Assembly (NCBI GenBank): GCA_965215365.1
Contig: CBDCDS010000003.1
Location: 928,001-992,000, forward strand
DNA from: Gammaproteobacteria bacterium
GTDB taxonomy: Bacteria > Pseudomonadota > Gammaproteobacteria > Eutrophobiales > Eutrophobiaceae
Direction: 5' to 3'
Length of the DNA stretch: 64,000 nucleotides
In this document: piece after piece, positions 8,990-19,371 of the stretch
Layout: the number at the start of each line of letters is the position of its first letter
Position numbering within the stretch: the first letter of the stretch is position 1
Notes under the pieces: generated by a model
Seen by the model: the letters and a program-made list of their open reading frames with translations, nothing else
Database searches by the model: none
Told to the model about the DNA's origin: nothing
Translations under genes and position numbers: made by a program

Positions 8990-10720
8990 TTACAACGCTT
9001 GCAACAATTTCTGTATGTCTGTCGCGCGGGCGGCTTGCAGTGCCGTATCTGCGACTGCGGCCAGCTTGCTCAAGTCACTTTCCAGGATGTTCTTTTTGAC
9101 TTCCAGCAGATAAGCCGGATGCACACTGAACTCGCGCAGCCCCAGGCCCAGCAGCAGCTGGGTGTACTGGCTGTCTCCGGCCATCTCCCCGCACATGGCA
9201 ACCGGGATGCCGGCGCCGGCGCCGGCGTCGAGCGTCATCCGTATCAGCCTCAACACGGCCGGGTGCAAGGGTTCGTAGAGATAACTCACCTCGTCGTCAA
9301 CCCGGTCTATCGCCAGCGTGTACTGGATCAGGTCGTTGGTGCCGATCGAAAGGAAGTCGAATTGCTCGGCGAAAATATCCGCACAGATCGCAGCCGCCGG
9401 CACCTCGATCATGGCGCCGATGGGTAGGTTTGCGTCAAACTCCAGCCCTTGTCCGCTCAGCTCAGCCTTGATCTCAGCCACCAGGTCCAGCACCTGTCGG
9501 GCTTCCTGCAGGTTGGACAGCATAGGGATCATAAGGCGGATGTTGCCGTGTGCCGAAGCGCGCAGGATGGCGCGTAACTGGGTGCGGAACAGGGCCGGTT
9601 GTTTCAGGCACAAGCGCACGGCGCGCAACCCCAGCGCAGGATTGGCCTGCCCGGCGCTGCCTTGCTGGCGCCCGTCCACCTGTTTGTCGGCGCCCAAGTC
9701 GAGGGTGCGTATGGTCAACGGCAACCCCGCCATGGTGTCCAGCACCGACAGGTAGGTCTCATAGTGTTCCTGTTCTTCCGGCGGCGCTTCCCGGTTCATA
9801 TACAGGAACTCCGTGCGGTACAGGCCGACCCCGCCGGCGCCGACCTGCCGGGCGATGTCAAAGTCCTGCGGCAGCTCCACATTCGCCTGCAGCTTGATGG
9901 GAACTTGGTCTAAGGTGCGCGTTGGCGTTTCTTTCAGGCGTATCAGGCCGGCGTAATAGTTCCGCTCTTCCTGTTGTTGTTGCCGGTAATGGCGCAGGCT
10001 GCGCGCATCCGGGTCAACCAGCATCACACCGGCATTGCCGTCAACGATGAGCAGGTCGTCTTCCCGCACCCGACGCCGGGCTTCATGCAAGCCGACAATG
10101 GCGGGGATGATCAAGCTGCGCGCCAGGATGGCGGTGTGCGAGGTGGGGCCGCCGTATTCGGTCACAAAGGCAAGGATGCCGTGATGCTGCATCAACACCG
10201 TGTCCGCCGGCGCCAGATCATCGGCGATCAGCACATATCCGCTCAGGCGGCTGTCCGGTTCTTCGTGGCGCAACGGCCCCTGCTTTAACAGTATCCTCTG
10301 GATACGATTGACAACGTGATCGATGTCGTTCTTGCGAGTGCGCAGGTACGGGTCTTGCATTTCATCGAACACCTGCACTAGGGCATCGCGCTGGCGTTGC
10401 AGGGCCCACTCTGCGTTATGCTGTGCGGTTCGGATCAAGCGTAACGGTTCCTGAGTCAACACCGCGTCGTCCAGCATCAGCAGATGGGTGTCTATAAACG
10501 GCGCAATATCCGGCGCGGCGGCGGCCGGAATATGGTCGCGAATGGCGCGCAGCTGCTGCTTGGCCTGATCGACGGCGCTGAGCAGGCGTTGGGTTTCTGA
10601 GTCGATCCGGTCCTTGTCAACGTGGTATTCAGGAATATCAAGGCGGTCGCGTTCGATGATGTGGGCGCGCCCGATGGCAATGCCGCGGGAGACCCCCATG
10701 CCGTGCAGGGACAAGGTCAC
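8990..10720 (-). CDS. ptsI: PTS enzyme I
   Basis: GGPTSHTAILAR, GLYRTEF, SIGTNDLIQY, MCGEMAG; no GAF domain. Confidence 0.95.
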   Translation of the reverse strand: MTLSLHGMGVSRGIAIGRAHIIERDRLDIPEYHVDKDRIDSETQRLLSAVDQAKQQLRAIRDHIPAAAAPDIAPFIDTHLLMLDDAVLTQEPLRLIRTAQHNAEWALQRQRDALVQVFDEMQDPYLRTRKNDIDHVVNRIQRILLKQGPLRHEEPDSRLSGYVLIADDLAPADTVLMQHHGILAFVTEYGGPTSHTAILARSLIIPAIVGLHEARRRVREDDLLIVDGNAGVMLVDPDARSLRHYRQQQQEERNYYAGLIRLKETPTRTLDQVPIKLQANVELPQDFDIARQVGAGGVGLYRTEFLYMNREAPPEEQEHYETYLSVLDTMAGLPLTIRTLDLGADKQVDGRQQGSAGQANPALGLRAVRLCLKQPALFRTQLRAILRASAHGNIRLMIPMLSNLQEARQVLDLVAEIKAELSGQGLEFDANLPIGAMIEVPAAAICADIFAEQFDFLSIGTNDLIQYTLAIDRVDDEVSYLYEPLHPAVLRLIRMTLDAGAGAGIPVAMCGEMAGDSQYTQLLLGLGLREFSVHPAYLLEVKKNILESDLSKLAAVADTALQAARATDIQKLLQAL

Positions 10721-10986
10721 AGCTGTTCCCCGAAGCGGTTTTCGATCAACCGCGCCAGCGTCCTCATGGCTGTTTCCTCATCGTTGCCGTACACCGTCAG
10801 TTCCAGACTCGCCCCGGTTGCTGCGGCGAGCATCATCAGGCCCATGATGCTTTTGCCGTCAACGCTTTTTTCACCCGATTTCACCCGGATCTCAGACTCA
10901 AAGGCCAGCGCCGTTTCCACAAAAGACGCAGCCGCGCGCGCATGCAGGCCCAGTTTGTTGACAATGGTGACGGTGCGTTGCAGCAA
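10717..10986 (-). CDS. ptsH: Phosphocarrier protein HPr/NPr
   Basis: NKLGLHARAA, DGKSIMG. Confidence 0.93.
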   Translation of the reverse strand: MLQRTVTIVNKLGLHARAAASFVETALAFESEIRVKSGEKSVDGKSIMGLMMLAAATGASLELTVYGNDEETAMRTLARLIENRFGEQL

Positions 10987-10993
10987 CGGGGCG

Positions 10994-11440
10994 CTACTCC
11001 GTCAACATCTGATACAGCGTTATGCCGGAGTCTTCCTGCCGCAGCCGCGCCAGGAACGCCGGCTGGTCGAACATGCCGGCCAGCTGCGCTAGGATCTGCA
11101 GGTGCTCCTGGGTCGAGTCTTCCGGCACCAGCAGCGCGAACATCAAATCTACCGGTTGCCGATCAACGGCATCGTAATCCACCCCCTGTTGCAGTTTAAC
11201 AAACGCGGCAGTGGTGGCGACGCCGTTCTGCACGCGTCCGTGCGGCAACGCCACCCCGTTGCCCAGACCGGTGCCGCCCAGACGCTCGCGGGCCAGCAGG
11301 CTATCGAACGCCTGGTGGCTGCTCAACGTGTTGTCGGCCGCGGCCATCAGGTTGGCAAGGGTCTCCAACGCGGCCTTCTTGCTGGCAAGGTTTACGTTGC
11401 ACAGAACACGCTCGCGGGTCAGGATATCTGCAATGCGCAT
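10994..11440 (-). CDS. ptsN: PTS IIA(Ntr)
   Basis: RERLGGTGLGNGVALPHGR. Confidence 0.93.
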   Translation of the reverse strand: MRIADILTRERVLCNVNLASKKAALETLANLMAAADNTLSSHQAFDSLLARERLGGTGLGNGVALPHGRVQNGVATTAAFVKLQQGVDYDAVDRQPVDLMFALLVPEDSTQEHLQILAQLAGMFDQPAFLARLRQEDSGITLYQMLTE

Positions 11441-11473
11441 GGATGTTCGTTGCGTCGGACCGAAAAACCGCGC

Positions 11474-11767
11474 TCAGCCGCGGTGGTCGGATAATTTCTC
11501 CTTGTGTTTTTTAACCTGCCGATCGAGTTTGTCCAGCAGTTTGTCGATGGCTGCGTACATGTCGTTGTGCTCGGCGTCGGCGAACAGGTTGCCGCGCTGC
11601 AGCTGCAGATTGGCCTCGGCCCGGTTTCGCTCTTTCTCCACCGACAGGACGACATGAACGGTAAGGACATGATCAAAATGGCGCGCTATGCGCTTCAGTT
11701 TGGTGGCAACGTAGGTGCGTAACGCGGGCGTGATATCCAGATGATGGCCGGACAGGTTAATTTGCAT
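11474..11767 (-). CDS. hpf: Ribosome hibernation promoting factor
   Basis: MQINLSGHHLDIT...DMYAAID; located downstream of rpoN. Confidence 0.93.
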   Translation of the reverse strand: MQINLSGHHLDITPALRTYVATKLKRIARHFDHVLTVHVVLSVEKERNRAEANLQLQRGNLFADAEHNDMYAAIDKLLDKLDRQVKKHKEKLSDHRG

Positions 11768-11796
11768 GATATTCTCTTTTTGGTCAGATCTGCGAG

Positions 11797-13257
11797 TCAG
11801 GACAGGGTTAAATTCGCTCTCTTTCTCTCGCTGGAAGAGGGAATGGACAACGCTTCCCGGTATTTTGCCACCGTTCTGCGCGCCACCTGCATGCCCTGCT
11901 GCGCCAGCAACTCGACAATTTTGTTATCGCTCAGGGGTTTTTCCGGCCGTTCAGCCTGTATATGTCTTTTGATAACCGCGCGGATGGCTGTGGCCGAACA
12001 GGCGTTGCCCCGGTCTGCGCCCACCTGGACGGAAAAGAAATACTTCAGTTCAAACACGCCCCTGGGCGTGTGCAGGTACTTGCGCGCAGTCACCCGGGAC
12101 ACCGTGGAGTCGTGCAGGTCCAGAGCCTGCGCCACATCGTGCAGCACCAGCGGTTGCATCGCTTCCTCGCCATGTTCTAAGAACGCCCGTTGTTTCTCAA
12201 CGATGCAGGAAGCCACCCGCAACAGGGTTTCGCTGCGGCTTTGCAGGCTTTTGATAAACCAGCGCGCTTCCTGCAGGTGGTTTTTCAGTGAGACGTTGTC
12301 GGCGCTGTTATCGGCGCGCCGGATCATGCCGGCATAGCTGCGGTTGATACGCAAACGCGGCAGCGTGTCGGTGTTCAGTTCCACCTTCCACACCGCGCCG
12401 GTTTTTTTGACCAGCACATCGGGCGTCACGTACTCCTGCCGGGCTTCCTGCACCTGACTGCCGGGGCGGGGGTGCAGGGACTGGATCAGGGCAATCACCT
12501 GTTCCAGTTGCGCGCGACCGAGCCCCAGCTGTTTCATCAGGCGCTTGTACTCGCGGGCGCCCAGCAACTGTAAGCACCGCTGCACTAACAGCCGGGCTTC
12601 AGCCAGCCAGGGGGTATCCGGCGCCAGTTGCGCCAGTTGCAGGAGTAGACATTCGGACAGATCGCGCGCGCCGATCCCCGCCGGATCAAACGTTTGCACC
12701 AGATGTAACACCGCCGTGATCTCGTTGGTCTCGACCTCGAACTCGGTTGCCAGGGTGGCGCCGATCTCCTCTAAGTCCTCGCCCAGGTAACCATCGTCGT
12801 CGATGGCATCGATCAAGGCAATGGCGATGGCCTTGTCGGTCACAGACAACGTGACCAGATCCAGCTGTGCAAGCAGGTGCTGGCGCAGATTCTCGGCGCT
12901 GTGGTCGCGATATTCATCCGGGTAAAACTCCGCCGCCGCGCCGTTGTGGGAGTGGTAGGCCGCGCTGTCGTAAATATCGTCCCAGGCGACATCCACGGGC
13001 AAGTCTTCCGGCAGCGTCTCGGCGGCGGTTGCCTGGGCGCAGTCCATGCCATTCAGGTCTGTGTCAGGCGGTTCGACTGCAGGTTGTGTGGCGCTGTTTT
13101 CATCTTCGTCCAACTCCAGCATCATGTTGGAATCCAGCGCCCCCTGAATCTCCAGCCCCAATTCCAGGCTGGACAACTGCAACAGCCGGATCGCCTGTTG
13201 CAACTGCGGCGTCATGGTCAAGCCATGACTTGGTTTGATTCCCAGAGATTGTTTCAT
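11797..13257 (-). CDS. rpoN: RNA polymerase sigma-54 factor
   Basis: TPQLQQAIRLLQL; RpoN box ARRTVAKYRE. Confidence 0.97.
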   Translation of the reverse strand: MKQSLGIKPSHGLTMTPQLQQAIRLLQLSSLELGLEIQGALDSNMMLELDEDENSATQPAVEPPDTDLNGMDCAQATAAETLPEDLPVDVAWDDIYDSAAYHSHNGAAAEFYPDEYRDHSAENLRQHLLAQLDLVTLSVTDKAIAIALIDAIDDDGYLGEDLEEIGATLATEFEVETNEITAVLHLVQTFDPAGIGARDLSECLLLQLAQLAPDTPWLAEARLLVQRCLQLLGAREYKRLMKQLGLGRAQLEQVIALIQSLHPRPGSQVQEARQEYVTPDVLVKKTGAVWKVELNTDTLPRLRINRSYAGMIRRADNSADNVSLKNHLQEARWFIKSLQSRSETLLRVASCIVEKQRAFLEHGEEAMQPLVLHDVAQALDLHDSTVSRVTARKYLHTPRGVFELKYFFSVQVGADRGNACSATAIRAVIKRHIQAERPEKPLSDNKIVELLAQQGMQVARRTVAKYREALSIPSSSERKRANLTLS

Positions 13258-13269
13258 GCTGTTGCAGCC

Positions 13270-13995
13270 TCACCTGCGGAATTCAAACCCCAGGTAAACG
13301 TTGCGCACGGTTTCATTGGCAAGAATTTCATCGGGCGTGCCTTCGGCCAGAATTTTGCCTTCATTGACGATGTACACGCGATCGCACGCGCCCAGCGTCT
13401 CCCAGACATTGTGGTCGGTGATCAGTATGCCAATGCCTTTCTCACGCAGGTAGCTGGTGATGCGCTGGATATCGCTGATGGAAATAGGATCAATGCCGGC
13501 AAACGGTTCATCAAGCAGTAAAAACTGCGGGTCGGTAGCCAGCGCCCGGGCTATCTCCACCCGTCTGCGCTCACCGCCGGACAGGCTCAGGCCCAGGCTG
13601 TCGCGCAGGTGCGACACATGAAATTCATGCAACAGTGCTTCCGCCCGTTGCTGCGCGGCTTTCTTGCTCAGGTTCTTGCGCAGCTCGAGCACCGCCAGGA
13701 TATTTTCCTCCACCGTGAGCTTGCGGAAAATCGATGATTCCTGGGGCAGGTAGCCCAGCCCGAGGCGCGCCCGTTTTTCCATGGGCAACAGGCTGAGGTC
13801 CTGTTCGTCAAGGAGAATCTCGCCCTTGTCACAGGGTATCAGACCAACGATCATGTGAAAGCTGGTAGTCTTGCCGGCGCCGTTGGGGCCGAGCAAACCG
13901 ACGATTTCACTGCTGTTCACGGTCAGGCTGATATCGTCCACCACCTGACGCGAGCGGTATGACTTGGATACGTGTTGGACCGACAGGACACTCAT
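13270..13995 (-). CDS. lptB: LPS export ABC ATPase
   Basis: [31 protein letters not shown]. Confidence 0.96.
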   Translation of the reverse strand: MSVLSVQHVSKSYRSRQVVDDISLTVNSSEIVGLLGPNGAGKTTSFHMIVGLIPCDKGEILLDEQDLSLLPMEKRARLGLGYLPQESSIFRKLTVEENILAVLELRKNLSKKAAQQRAEALLHEFHVSHLRDSLGLSLSGGERRRVEIARALATDPQFLLLDEPFAGIDPISISDIQRITSYLREKGIGILITDHNVWETLGACDRVYIVNEGKILAEGTPDEILANETVRNVYLGFEFRR

Positions 13996-14002
13996 ACGCG
14001 CA

Positions 14003-14575
14003 TCACGAGTCGGGCTCTTTCCTTTTCAGGATCAGTTTTACCCGCCCCCTTTTTTTGGCCGGATCGGTGCTGTCAGACTCGCCGGCGCCGGCTCCAGCCT
14101 CCGCGGTCACCCCGCCCGTCGCCTTCACCCGGCTAAGTGCCGTGTTGTACTCGATCCGCTCCCCGACCAGGGTGGAAGTATCCTGTTTCACCCAGGCGTC
14201 CTCGATCAACACCACCAGATTTCTGGTCTCGTGGTACTCCATACGTTTGGCCCGGGCCTGGTTGGGCGCCGCCGCGTTGTCCGGCTGTTGCCGGTAGGTG
14301 GCCGGGCTGCCTTCGATGACGAGGTAATCCAGTTCATCGCCGCCCTTGCTGCGCACCGTCATCACGTCACCCGTCATACGGATGGAGCCCTGCGTGACAA
14401 TCACGTTGCCGCGATAGATGCTGACGTCATTTAAGTCATCGAGTTCCGCCTCGTCCGCCTCAACCTGGATCGGCTGGTCCTTGTCCGTCGACAGGCACCA
14501 GGCCGTCATACTCCCCAGCAGGCAGGACAACAGGACTACCAGCCCCGTCAGGCTAGTTAAGTATGGTCTTGTCAT
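14003..14575 (-). CDS. lptA: LPS transport periplasmic protein
   Basis: [22 protein letters not shown]; synteny. Confidence 0.92.
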   Translation of the reverse strand: MTRPYLTSLTGLVVLLSCLLGSMTAWCLSTDKDQPIQVEADEAELDDLNDVSIYRGNVIVTQGSIRMTGDVMTVRSKGGDELDYLVIEGSPATYRQQPDNAAAPNQARAKRMEYHETRNLVVLIEDAWVKQDTSTLVGERIEYNTALSRVKATGGVTAEAGAGAGESDSTDPAKKRGRVKLILKRKEPDS

Positions 14576-15107
14576 GGTTAATGATTTCCAATCTGTTTTC
14601 AGGCAGGTAGGCGCGCAGGCCGCGGCCGGTGATTACCGCGGTACTGGTGACAATCGTCGCATGGCTGTCTGTCTCCGCATATTCCTGTTCCAGCAGGATT
14701 TTCACATCGGTGGTGCTGACTTCCAGCCGCGGCTCCCCGTGCGCATCGTATTCCCGCATTTTTACTATGCCGTAGAGTGAAATAGTATCATTATCTCCCT
14801 CTATGCGGCCTTTTTCTGCATCAATATACAAGGGCAACTCGTCGGCACGGAAAATTTCCATGCGCGGCCGCACCAATTTGGTGCTGTTATCGTGCGGGTA
14901 GTGCGCCATATAGTCTGCCGACAGCTTGTTTCTGGGTTGGCCGTCGCGATCCATGGTCAGGGTGGTGAAGTCCTCCATGTAATAATCCGGCGCGCGCGCA
15001 TCAGCCTGAACGGTGCTGCCTGTATCTGCGGACAACCAACTCAACAACCACGCGCTGAACACGGCGGCGCCAATCAGCAGTACCAGGATCAGTAACCGCT
15101 GTAGCAT
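14553..15107 (-). CDS. lptC: LPS export protein LptC
   Basis: N-terminal TM, PDYYM..F; synteny. Confidence 0.88.
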   Translation of the reverse strand: MLQRLLILVLLIGAAVFSAWLLSWLSADTGSTVQADARAPDYYMEDFTTLTMDRDGQPRNKLSADYMAHYPHDNSTKLVRPRMEIFRADELPLYIDAEKGRIEGDNDTISLYGIVKMREYDAHGEPRLEVSTTDVKILLEQEYAETDSHATIVTSTAVITGRGLRAYLPENRLEIINHDKTILN

Positions 15108-15110
15108 CGC

Positions 15111-16139
15111 TCAGAGCACCTGCGCACGCAGCAGGTCGTGCATATTCAGCACCCCGACCAGGTGCTGCTCATTGTCCAGCACCAGCAAGGCGTTAATGCG
15201 GTGCTGTTCCATCATGCGCAGGGCTGCGGCCGCAAGACTGCCGGCGGCAATGGTCTTGGCGTCTCTCGTCATCACTTCTGCCGTAGTGGTAGTGTGCACG
15301 TCATAACCGGCATCCAGCGCGCGGCGCAGGTCGCCGTCGGTAAAGATGCCTGTCACCCGGCCCTGCTGGTCCAGTACTGCGGTCATACCCAGCCCTTTTT
15401 CGCTCATTTCCAGCAAGGCCCGGCTCAGTGGCGCGTCCTCCCGCACCTGCGGTGCCTGCGCGCCGGTGTGCATAACATCCCGCACCGCGGCCAGGCGTCG
15501 TCCCAGTGACCCGCCGGGATGGCAGCGGGCAAAATCAGCGGCGCTGAAGCCGCGCGCCTCCAGCAGGGCGATGGCCAGAGCGTCGCCCAGCACCAGGCAG
15601 GCTGTGGTGCTGGCCGTGGGCGCCAGACCCAGTGGGCAGGCTTCCTCGGTGACGCTCACGTCAAGGCACACCGTAGCCGCCTGACCCAGCGTGGAGGCCG
15701 GGCGGCCCGTGAGCGCCACGAACGGGATGCCCAGACGCGTTATCACCGGCAACAAGGTGATGAGCTCGGCGGTCTCTCCCGAGTTGGACAGGGCAACGAC
15801 CACATCGTCCCGGGTGATCATCCCCAGGTCGCCGTGACCGGCCTCAGCCGGGTGCACGAAGAAGGACGGAGTCCCGGTGCTGGCCAGGGTGGCCGCGATC
15901 TTGTGGCCGATATGCCCGGATTTGCCCATGCCCAGCACCACCACCCGCCCCCGGCACGACAGCATCAGTTGACAGGCGCGCACGAAATGGCCGTCGATAC
16001 GTTGGCTGAGCGCGCCCACCGCCTGTTGCTCAGTGGCAATCACCGCGCGCGCGGCTTCTATCAGCCGCTCTGCATCCGCCTGCTTGCCGGCGCCGGCGCT
16101 GGTAAGCGTTGTCGAAAACCTGTCTGCAACCGCGTTCAT
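15111..16139 (-). CDS. kdsD: Arabinose-5-phosphate isomerase (KpsF/GutQ)
   Basis: GMGKSGHIG, HPAEAGHGDLG, CPLGLAPTAST, CBS domains. Confidence 0.95.
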   Translation of the reverse strand: MNAVADRFSTTLTSAGAGKQADAERLIEAARAVIATEQQAVGALSQRIDGHFVRACQLMLSCRGRVVVLGMGKSGHIGHKIAATLASTGTPSFFVHPAEAGHGDLGMITRDDVVVALSNSGETAELITLLPVITRLGIPFVALTGRPASTLGQAATVCLDVSVTEEACPLGLAPTASTTACLVLGDALAIALLEARGFSAADFARCHPGGSLGRRLAAVRDVMHTGAQAPQVREDAPLSRALLEMSEKGLGMTAVLDQQGRVTGIFTDGDLRRALDAGYDVHTTTTAEVMTRDAKTIAAGSLAAAALRMMEQHRINALLVLDNEQHLVGVLNMHDLLRAQVL

Positions 16140-16152
16140 GTTCAATGCTTTA

Positions 16153-17106
16153 TCAAGCCTGCCAGCCCCGGAACAGCAAATACTGGTAGCCGACGAAACA
16201 CAGCAGCAATAGCGCGCCTTCGCCGCGGCTGTAGCGGTCCTTGCCGGCATAAAACACCATCCAGGCCATCAGCAGGGTCAGCCCTCCCATCACGGTAAAA
16301 TCCCGCACCAGCACTTCCCTGCCGAAACTGTCAGGATGAATAATACACGGTATGCCCAATACCATCAGCATGTTAAACATGTTCGAGCCGATGATGTTGC
16401 CGATGGCGATATCCATTTCCTGTTTGGCAATGCTGGCCAGGGACGCGGCCAGTTCCGGCAGGCTGGTGCCGACCGCAACAATGGTCAACCCGATAACCAG
16501 ATCACCGACGCCGAACGCCCTGGCAATATACACCGCGCCGCGTACCAGCAGTTCGGCGCCGCCCAGCAACACCAGCAGCCCAAGCAGCAGCAAGATAACG
16601 GACTTTGTCAGGACCGGCGGCTGTTCCGGGTCGGCCTCGTCTTGCGCGGGCGCGGCGTTTGGCGTTGCCTGTCGCACGATCCACACCAGCATCAGGCCCA
16701 GCGCGCCCAGCAGCAGCAAGCCGTCCAAGCGCGACAGGCGCAGGTCGAGCATCAATGCCAACGCCACCAGCATCGCGGCCAGCATGAGCAGAAACTCGCG
16801 CCGCAAGGTCTGCGAACGCACCACCAACGGCGCAAACAGCGCAGTGGTTCCCAGCACCAGGCCGATATTAGCGATATTGGAACCCAGAGCATTGCCGATG
16901 GCGATGTGGGTCTTGCCTTCCCAGGCGGCCACGCCGCCGACAAACACCTCCGGCATGGAGGTGGCGATGCCCACTACGATCAAACCGATGATCAACGGCG
17001 AGACCCCCAGCGCGCGCGCAACCCCTGCGGCCCCGGACACGAACCGGTCCGCCCCCAGCACCAGCAGGGCCAGACCGCCCAGCACCAATAGTGTTGCCAT
17101 CAACAT
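16153..17106 (-). CDS. Calcium/sodium antiporter (CaCA, YrbG-like)
   Basis: ATSMPE/GTSLPE and GSNIAN/GSNMFN alpha repeats. Confidence 0.93.
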   Translation of the reverse strand: MLMATLLVLGGLALLVLGADRFVSGAAGVARALGVSPLIIGLIVVGIATSMPEVFVGGVAAWEGKTHIAIGNALGSNIANIGLVLGTTALFAPLVVRSQTLRREFLLMLAAMLVALALMLDLRLSRLDGLLLLGALGLMLVWIVRQATPNAAPAQDEADPEQPPVLTKSVILLLLGLLVLLGGAELLVRGAVYIARAFGVGDLVIGLTIVAVGTSLPELAASLASIAKQEMDIAIGNIIGSNMFNMLMVLGIPCIIHPDSFGREVLVRDFTVMGGLTLLMAWMVFYAGKDRYSRGEGALLLLCFVGYQYLLFRGWQA

Positions 17107-17120
17107 ACGTCAATACTCCT

Positions 17121-17293
17121 GTGAACCTCTGCTTATGTGCCCTCCGTGGCATTTCAAGAGGTTCCTGGTTCGGGAATATTCGTAGTTTATCACGTCGGCG
17201 GGACGGTTCCTCTTGTTCGTCATCATGGACGGAGATGTTATTATTTAAGGCACCCCTGAGAATGTCCTCCATGGCGCATAAGCAGAGGCACCT
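17121..17293. repeat. Pair of inverted REP-like palindromes (GAACCTCT...CCCTCCGTGG...AGAGG family)
   Basis: 17121-17167 and 17248-17293 are approximate reverse complements; related units at 5328-5360 and 18181-18250. Confidence 0.7.
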
Positions 17294-17323
17294 TTTACAT
17301 CACAAAACACACGACTGCCGACA

Positions 17324-18028
17324 ATGCAAGCCATGATCCTGGCGGCGGGGCGGGGCGAGCGTATGCGTCCCCTGACCGACAAACTGCCCAAACCAATGCT
17401 GACCGCAGGCGGCAAACCGTTGCTGCAATACCACGTGGAGGCCTTAGCGCAGGCCGGTTTCACCGAACTGGTCATTAACCATGCGCGCTACGGCGCACGC
17501 ATAGAAGCCTGGTTCGGCGACGGCGCCGCTTTCGGTGTGCACCTTCGCTACTCGGCGGAGGGTGACAGCCCGCTGGAAACCGGGGGCGGCATCAAGCGCG
17601 CCCTGCCGTTGCTGGGGAATGACCCGTTCCTGGTCGTCAACGGCGATACCTGGACCGACTTTCCTTTTGCATCACTGCAACCGCCGCCGACCGGCCTCGC
17701 CCATCTGGTATTGGTGCCCAATCCTGCCCATCACCCCGACGGCGATTTTACCTTGGCCGACGGCGAGGTGCGCGCCAACGGACAACCCGCCCACACCTTC
17801 AGCGGCATCGGTATCTACCACCCTGAGCTGTTCCAGGCCGTACCGGAACACACCTTCCCCCTGCCCCCACTGCTACGCCGCGCCATGGACAACCACCAAG
17901 TGACGGGAGAGTTATACCAGGGAGCCTGGTTTGATATCGGCACCCCGGCGCGTTTGGCGGAGATTGAGCGCTATCTGGCGCAACACCAGAGCCTCTCGCC
18001 CACGGAATTACACTCGCCGGGGGCCTGA
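17324..18028 (+). CDS. murU: MurNAc-1-phosphate uridylyltransferase
   Basis: AMILAAGRGERMRPLT..PKP, LETGGGI, WFDIGT. Confidence 0.85.
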   Translation: MQAMILAAGRGERMRPLTDKLPKPMLTAGGKPLLQYHVEALAQAGFTELVINHARYGARIEAWFGDGAAFGVHLRYSAEGDSPLETGGGIKRALPLLGNDPFLVVNGDTWTDFPFASLQPPPTGLAHLVLVPNPAHHPDGDFTLADGEVRANGQPAHTFSGIGIYHPELFQAVPEHTFPLPPLLRRAMDNHQVTGELYQGAWFDIGTPARLAEIERYLAQHQSLSPTELHSPGA

Positions 18029-18116
18029 ACCCCGTCCCACGCAAACCGAGCGATTAGTTGGGCGGTGACGCAGGCAAGCGCGCCTCAATATGACCCACGC
18101 GGGTTTCCAGAGAGAC

Positions 18117-18250
18117 TAACCCGCAGATCTCACCCAGTCGCTTGTTACCTTGTGCAACATGATGGTTCTCAATAAGTTATGGGAACCTCTAAAAATACCC
18201 TCCGTGGTATTTTGTGATGCGTCCATCCGTGGACGCAACCCTACGGGCAG
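18117..18250 (+). repeat. MITE-like TAACCCGCA.ATCTCACCCAGT repeat followed by a REP unit
   Basis: About 65 bp similar to 21321-21386, followed by GGGAACCTCTAAAAATACCCTCCGTGG and GCGTCCATCCGTGGACGC. Confidence 0.75.
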
Positions 18251-18343
18251 CTATGGCTGTGCACAAATTCGTATCGGACCGTGACTCCCCCGGCCCCGGC
18301 TGCCGCCTGGCCCAAGACCAGGCCCAGGACCAACAAGTGGCGT

Positions 18344-19360
18344 TTATCTGGTCGGGGTAAGGTCCTGCTCGGCAACTGCCGCTGTTGCGATCTGTGCCAG
18401 GCGGTCCTGGGCCAGACTGGCGGCGGTGGTGCCGGGGTGTTGCAGGATGAGGGCTTCGAGTTGTTGTATGGCCGGTTCCACCTGGCCCAGTTCGTGTTGG
18501 CAGAAGGCGGCTTTCAGTTGCGCCTGGGTCTGTTTCGGGCTGTCGGGGTATTGTTGCACCAGCGCGGTGTATTCCGCCAGCGCTTGTTCGAACAAGCTGT
18601 TCACGTAATACGCCTCGGCCAGCCAGAACCGGGCGTTGGCGGCGGGCTCGCTGGCGGGATAGCGCGCCAAAAAGCCGCGTAACGCCAGTACCGCTTCGTT
18701 GTAGCGGGCCTGCTTGAGCAGGTTGAAGGCCTGACGGTATTCCTGCGCGATCAGTTCCGGGTCCTGTTGCCCGAACGCCGACAAGTCAGCGGCGGTGCGG
18801 GCGTCCGCTTGCTCCGGCGTTGGCGACGGGTCCAACCCCGGCTGCGGTGGCACGGCGTCGGGCTGCGCCGGGGCGGCGGCCAGGGGCGCTATGTCTTCAA
18901 GCCCGGCGGCGTCGGGCGCGGGGGGCTGATTAACCAGTTCCAGGGTTAAGGATGTCTCCTCGCCCTGGGCGCTGCCGGCAACGCCAGCGTTACTCAGCGG
19001 TGCCAAGGTCTGCAACGGCGGCGCGTCCGTGCCGGGCGGCGCGACCGGGCTTTCAACGCGCTGCAACCGCCGATCCATATCCACGTACATGTCGCGCTGG
19101 CGTTTTTTCAGTTGCTCCAGCGTGTGGTTGTGCACTTCCAGCGTGCCCTGCAAGCGGCTGAGTTCCAGTTCCAGGCTTTCCAGTTGTTGCAGCATCTGCA
19201 GCAGGCCCTGGTTGGACAGCGCGCCTTCGATGCGCTGCAGGCGTTGCTCCAGGGTCGGCTCAGGCGCGACCGGCTCCTGCGCCGCGGCGCCGCCAACAAC
19301 ACCCTGGGCAGCGATCAGCAGGAACGCTGCCAAACCGTATTGAGGGCTGTGGATCCGCAT
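18344..19360 (-). CDS. cpoB: Tol-Pal system protein YbgF/CpoB
   Basis: N-terminal coiled coil, C-terminal TPR (YP.S..A.NA.FWL); follows pal. Confidence 0.9.
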   Translation of the reverse strand: MRIHSPQYGLAAFLLIAAQGVVGGAAAQEPVAPEPTLEQRLQRIEGALSNQGLLQMLQQLESLELELSRLQGTLEVHNHTLEQLKKRQRDMYVDMDRRLQRVESPVAPPGTDAPPLQTLAPLSNAGVAGSAQGEETSLTLELVNQPPAPDAAGLEDIAPLAAAPAQPDAVPPQPGLDPSPTPEQADARTAADLSAFGQQDPELIAQEYRQAFNLLKQARYNEAVLALRGFLARYPASEPAANARFWLAEAYYVNSLFEQALAEYTALVQQYPDSPKQTQAQLKAAFCQHELGQVEPAIQQLEALILQHPGTTAASLAQDRLAQIATAAVAEQDLTPTR

Positions 19361-19371
19361 CTGCTGTCGGC

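Noticed and set aside
18760-19050. Long Pro/Ala-rich insert in cpoB
   Set aside because: Variable linker between coiled coil and TPR is normal for the family.
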